Position numbers and translations under genes: made by a program
The notes under the pieces: generated by a model
What the model saw: only the letters and a program-made list of their open reading frames with translations
Database searches by the model: none
What the model was told of the DNA's origin: nothing
In this document: positions 60,147-64,000 of the stretch, piece by piece
Position numbering within the stretch: position 1 is the first letter of the stretch
How the letters are laid out: each line of letters opens with the position of its first letter
NCBI GenBank assembly: GCA_034669905.1
Contig: JAXMOL010000001.1
Span: forward strand, 96,001-160,000
Length of the DNA: 64,000 nt
Direction of reading: 5' to 3'
Source of the DNA: Candidatus Hydrogenedentota bacterium
GTDB taxonomy: Bacteria > Hydrogenedentota > Hydrogenedentia > Hydrogenedentales > JAEUWI01

Positions 60147-62072
60147 ATGCGGCAGGTATTTCTCGGGCAATTCAGGGGTATTCCCTCTAAGTCCTTACTC
60201 CTATGTAAGCGATGTCATATCGGCATAATGCTCAGCCTCTTATTGAGCATCGGTGTTATGCCAGACGTTTATGCACAGGATTTGTTGTTGGGTTTTGCGG
60301 GATCGATTGGCGGGAGCGGCACCGATTTAAGTCAGAGTGTCGCCGTCGACAGTGTGGGGGCGGTGTATGTAACGGGTAGATTTCAGGGCACGGTGGATAT
60401 GGACCCCGGCCCAGGCGTGTTAACCGTTACAAGTGCCGGTGACTACGATATGTTCGTGTACAAACTGGACGCTGCGGGCGTCTTGCAGTGGGCGACAACT
60501 TTTGGTGGAACTGGCCGAGACGCAGGCTTAGACATTGCCGTGGATGATTTCGGCGGGGTTTACCTCACGGGCACCTATGTCGGACCGGTGGATTTTGACC
60601 CGGGTGCGGGGGTTTACGAACTTTCGAACATCGGGGGCTTTGTCCTGAAGTTAGACGCTACGGGAAATTTTCATTGGGTTGGCAATTGCGGCACTGAACC
60701 CAATAGTCTCGCCCTGGATTCATCCGCGAACGTCCATGTTGCGGGATCATTTCGGGGCGCAGCCGACTTTGATCCCGGGCCCGGTCTGGCGAAGTTAACG
60801 AGCGCGGGTATGAACGACAGTTTCGTATGCAAGTGGGATACCTCGGGCACGTTTCAATGGGTCGGGGCCATTGGCGGGAGCAACATCGTCCTTGGCACAG
60901 GCATATCCGTTGATGCCTCCGGGGGCGTTTACATCACCGGGCCATTCACCGGTACGGTGGATTGCGATCCCGGAGTCGGAACCTCCTTCCTCACCAGCGC
61001 ATCAGGCTTCGAGACATACATCAGCAAACTGAATGCTACGGGCGCATTTCAATGGGCCGGCGCTATGGGGGGCGTTGCAAACAGCTATGGGTCGGCGATT
61101 GCGGCAAGTAGCGCGGGTGACGTCTATGTCACCGGCGGGTTTAGCGCGACGGTAGACTTCGACCCCGGTCCTGGAAACTTTTTCCTGTCGCACAGCGGCG
61201 GAAATCAGGATAACTTTATTTGTAAGCTGGACGCCTCCGGCGCGTTTCAGTGGGTCCGCTCCCTGGGGGGCAGTGGGGAAGAAATCGGCCGAGGCATCGC
61301 CCTGGATTCCGCAGACAATGTCTATTGTGCCGGGCTTTTTTCCGGCACGGCAGATTTTGATCCCGGACCGGGAGTTTATTCATTCACGAGTGTTGGCTGG
61401 GATCATTTCGTCTGGAAGTTGGATTCGGCGGGCGCCCTACTGTGGGCCGGGCCAATGGGCGGGGGACGGGACGGTTTGCTCACCGGGGCCACGGGACACG
61501 CCGTAGCGCCTGGGGCCGCTGGTAATGTCTACAGCATAGGCTGGTTCAAGGGCACGGCCGACTTCGACCCCCATTCGGGTGTGTATAACCTCCGTGGCGC
61601 CGGAGGCTTTGATGGCTTTGTGTTGAAGCTCGAGCCCCAATCTATACCGGTTGCCACAGACGACATGGGAGAAACGGACGCCAATATACCGCTCTCCAGA
61701 TTAAGTATGCCCACGAATTCCAGCGTCCTGGCGAATGACACGGACCTGAACTCCCTCGCCGCGCTCTACGTGTCTGCCTACGACGCGACGAGTGTGTTGG
61801 GAGCGCGTGTCACCGTCAACCCAGATGGGACTTTCAATTATGACCCGACTGCGGTCGGCGCACTACAAGCCATGAGTTCCGGGGATTCGATGACCGACAG
61901 CTTCACCTATACCGTCAGTGATTCTATGGACACCGCAGTTGCTACTGTGACGATTATCGTTTACGGGCCCGGAACCTCGCTGCCTGCCACGTCGATGGGG
62001 ACCACTGTTCTGTTGTGCCTGGTATTGGTACTCGCAGCGATGTGGACACAGCGTCGGGCCTCGTCATCGTGA
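60147..62072 (+). CDS. Secreted SBBP-repeat beta-propeller protein with Ig/VCBS-like domain and C-terminal sorting-type TM
   Basis: AGGAGG RBS; repeated IAVD..G.VY.TG.F.G..DFDPG.G motifs; VLANDTD...DGTFNYDP...DSFTYTVSD; LPATS-TM-RR tail. Confidence 0.85.
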   Translation: MRQVFLGQFRGIPSKSLLLCKRCHIGIMLSLLLSIGVMPDVYAQDLLLGFAGSIGGSGTDLSQSVAVDSVGAVYVTGRFQGTVDMDPGPGVLTVTSAGDYDMFVYKLDAAGVLQWATTFGGTGRDAGLDIAVDDFGGVYLTGTYVGPVDFDPGAGVYELSNIGGFVLKLDATGNFHWVGNCGTEPNSLALDSSANVHVAGSFRGAADFDPGPGLAKLTSAGMNDSFVCKWDTSGTFQWVGAIGGSNIVLGTGISVDASGGVYITGPFTGTVDCDPGVGTSFLTSASGFETYISKLNATGAFQWAGAMGGVANSYGSAIAASSAGDVYVTGGFSATVDFDPGPGNFFLSHSGGNQDNFICKLDASGAFQWVRSLGGSGEEIGRGIALDSADNVYCAGLFSGTADFDPGPGVYSFTSVGWDHFVWKLDSAGALLWAGPMGGGRDGLLTGATGHAVAPGAAGNVYSIGWFKGTADFDPHSGVYNLRGAGGFDGFVLKLEPQSIPVATDDMGETDANIPLSRLSMPTNSSVLANDTDLNSLAALYVSAYDATSVLGARVTVNPDGTFNYDPTAVGALQAMSSGDSMTDSFTYTVSDSMDTAVATVTIIVYGPGTSLPATSMGTTVLLCLVLVLAAMWTQRRASSS

Positions 62073-62680
62073 TGTGAGGCGTGAGGTCAATGTCGGCCCG
62101 TGACCTTCACTCCTGAAAACTCCGGGGAGCACATGCGCGTGGCACATTCTGAAGGGTGCCCACTGCACCGATAAGCTCCAGAGCGGGCATCTATTCCGGG
62201 GCCATGACCGTGTGCCTGGGGTGAGTGCGTGGAATGCGCGGCACGGGTCGCGGGCGCCCTTTTGAGGGAGCAAGTGCTTCCGAGCCATTCTTACCGTTGG
62301 ACGCTCGACGCGCTGGGAAGATGGCCGAGCGCGCCCGGCCGCCCCGTCACCACACTTGCCAAAAGAAAGCAAACATTCCTGTTGTTTTTTATGCTTAACA
62401 GGTGTATACTTTCACAATTCTATGTTAACAACCACCCCATGCGACAAGAGGATTAAACAGGCGGGCACGTCGCACCCCACCCGGGAAGCCTCGGAGGAGT
62501 CCCCACCCCGGCCTTGAGACAATTGCGCTAACGGCCCGTGAAGCCTGGCGGCAGCGTCTTCCAGGCCCTATCACAAAACAACTACCCTCAAAAAAAGTAG
62601 CCGAGCCTGCGGCCACCCATTGCGATCCGGCAAGACTTCAATGGAATGGTACGTGCAGGCCCGACTGGGAGAACGTAATT

Positions 62681-63652
62681 ATGAAGATCCAACGTGGATT
62701 CACGCTGATCGAGTTGTTGGTGGTTATCGCCATTATAGGCATTTTAGCCGCCATCCTTCTACCTGCCCTCGCCCGCGCACGGGAAGCCGCACGCCGCGCC
62801 TCCTGCCAGAACAACCTCAAACAGTGGGGCCTGGTCTTCACCATGTATGCCAACGAGAGTGAAGGCGAAACGTACCCCCGCATGCAGACCTCGTGGGAAG
62901 CCATCCATGACTGCGACACGGACACCGAGGTGTATCCGGCCGTCCCCTTCGTCGGCGCACCGACCCATTGGCTCAATCCCCAGTTTGATTCGGTCTACCC
63001 CGAATACCTCAGCGATGGGGGTATCGTGGTCTGCCCCTCCAATTCCAGCTGGAGTCCCGACGACTTCTTCCAGGGCGCCCGTGGCATCAATGAAGTCAGC
63101 AAAGTCTGCTTTGCGCCCAATCCCGGACCCAGCTTTGGCCAGTTTGACAATAAACGGGGCCTGGCCCAGGTGGCGGAAAATTATTTCTACACCGGCTATG
63201 TGCTCGACCAGGTCGATGATTTCTCGCCCCAGGAAGCCATTTCGGTCCTCGAACCAGCCTCCACGGAAACCGGTCCGGCCCAGCTGATCTGGACCATGAA
63301 CCTGGCCATTGGCCACTTCTTCGGCGACGTGGTCGGACAGGACATTGAGCTGGGCACTACGGCGCCAGGTGCGGGTAACGCAGGGGGCGACACGGTCTTA
63401 CGCCTCCGCGACGGCATCGAGCGCTTCCTCATCACCGACATCAACAACCCGGGTGCCAGCGCGCAGGCCCAGAGCACGGTGTGGGTCATGGGGGATCGAC
63501 TGAGCACCTATGCAGCCGAATTCAACCACATCCCCGGTGGGGCTAACGTGCTCTACATGGACGGCCATGTGGAATTTATTCGCTATGAAGACGCCGCCCC
63601 CGCCGTTTCGGGTGTCGCCAAGGTCTTCGGCGAGCTTTCCCTTCACAGCTAA
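62681..63652 (+). CDS. DUF1559 prepilin-type protein with H-X9-DG motif
   Basis: [25 protein letters not shown]...; [17 protein letters not shown]. Confidence 0.93.
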   Translation: MKIQRGFTLIELLVVIAIIGILAAILLPALARAREAARRASCQNNLKQWGLVFTMYANESEGETYPRMQTSWEAIHDCDTDTEVYPAVPFVGAPTHWLNPQFDSVYPEYLSDGGIVVCPSNSSWSPDDFFQGARGINEVSKVCFAPNPGPSFGQFDNKRGLAQVAENYFYTGYVLDQVDDFSPQEAISVLEPASTETGPAQLIWTMNLAIGHFFGDVVGQDIELGTTAPGAGNAGGDTVLRLRDGIERFLITDINNPGASAQAQSTVWVMGDRLSTYAAEFNHIPGGANVLYMDGHVEFIRYEDAAPAVSGVAKVFGELSLHS

Positions 63653-63662
63653 GGACACCATC

Positions 63663-64000
63663 ATGCATTACCCCTCCTTCTATCGCCTTGTCGGCTTCGC
63701 GGCCCTCTCAACCCTCATGGTGGCCCTGCCTGCCGCAGCAGCCCACCGGATCATCAGCACGGACGGCATTACCACCGAAATCCTGTTCGCGCTGGGCGCC
63801 GGTGATCAGGTGGTGGGCCGTGACTCGGGCTCCCTCTACCCGGAAGCGGCCGCCCAATTGCCCGATATCGGCTTGGGCCATCAGGTCAATCCGGAGTCGA
63901 TCCTCCAGATGAAGCCCACCATCGTCATCGGGCGGGATCGCCCCATGAGTCAGCCCGCTTTTCAGGTCCTGGAGTCTACCGGCCTGAAGGTCTTCCGCAT
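63663..64000 (+). CDS. Heme/siderophore/B12-type ABC substrate-binding protein (HmuT/BtuF-like), truncated by window end
   Basis: Manual translation from ATG 63663: signal peptide, RIISTDGITTEILFALGAGDQVVGRDSGSLYPEAAAQLPDIG...NPESILQMKP. Confidence 0.85.
   Translation, partial: MHYPSFYRLVGFAALSTLMVALPAAAAHRIISTDGITTEILFALGAGDQVVGRDSGSLYPEAAAQLPDIGLGHQVNPESILQMKPTIVIGRDRPMSQPAFQVLESTGLKVFR

Noticed and set aside
62400..62680. Cobalamin riboswitch
   Set aside because: Conserved B12-box and GCCACTG/AGYCAG elements not found by eye

Overview
GC-rich bacterial chromosome segment, most likely Candidatus Hydrogenedentota or a PVC-like diderm. This is inferred from two DUF1559 prepilin-like genes, a PSD1/DUF1501 pair, (EG)n-linker lipoproteins and a CIRCE-controlled groEL. 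It carries housekeeping genes (groEL, aat, mtgA, an NAD-salvage cluster NUDIX-pncA-pncB-nadE, aroF-scpB-rluB) and many secreted or lipoprotein genes. Standout observations: (1) a His-rich, membrane-anchored leader ORF ending in the ribosome-arrest motif RAPP, whose post-RAPP mRNA is complementary to the Shine-Dalgarno of a downstream DUF1559 gene, a candidate metal-sensing translational switch; (2) a divergent multiheme-cytochrome/porin locus (NapC/NirT-like, MtrC/OmcA-like decaheme, octaheme, beta-barrel, 14-heme, c554-like; about 42-43 heme motifs) resembling a complete extracellular electron transfer conduit; (3) a ~2380-aa lipoprotein built of 7x[EF-hand pair + 2 CHRD]; (4) ScpB with a ~155-residue Asp/Glu repeat; (5) a ~320-bp diverged tandem duplication of nested decamer palindromes that carries a synonymously diverged copy of a gene's 3' end. 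No rRNA, tRNA, CRISPR array or transposase was recognised. All family calls are by motif recognition, without database searches.
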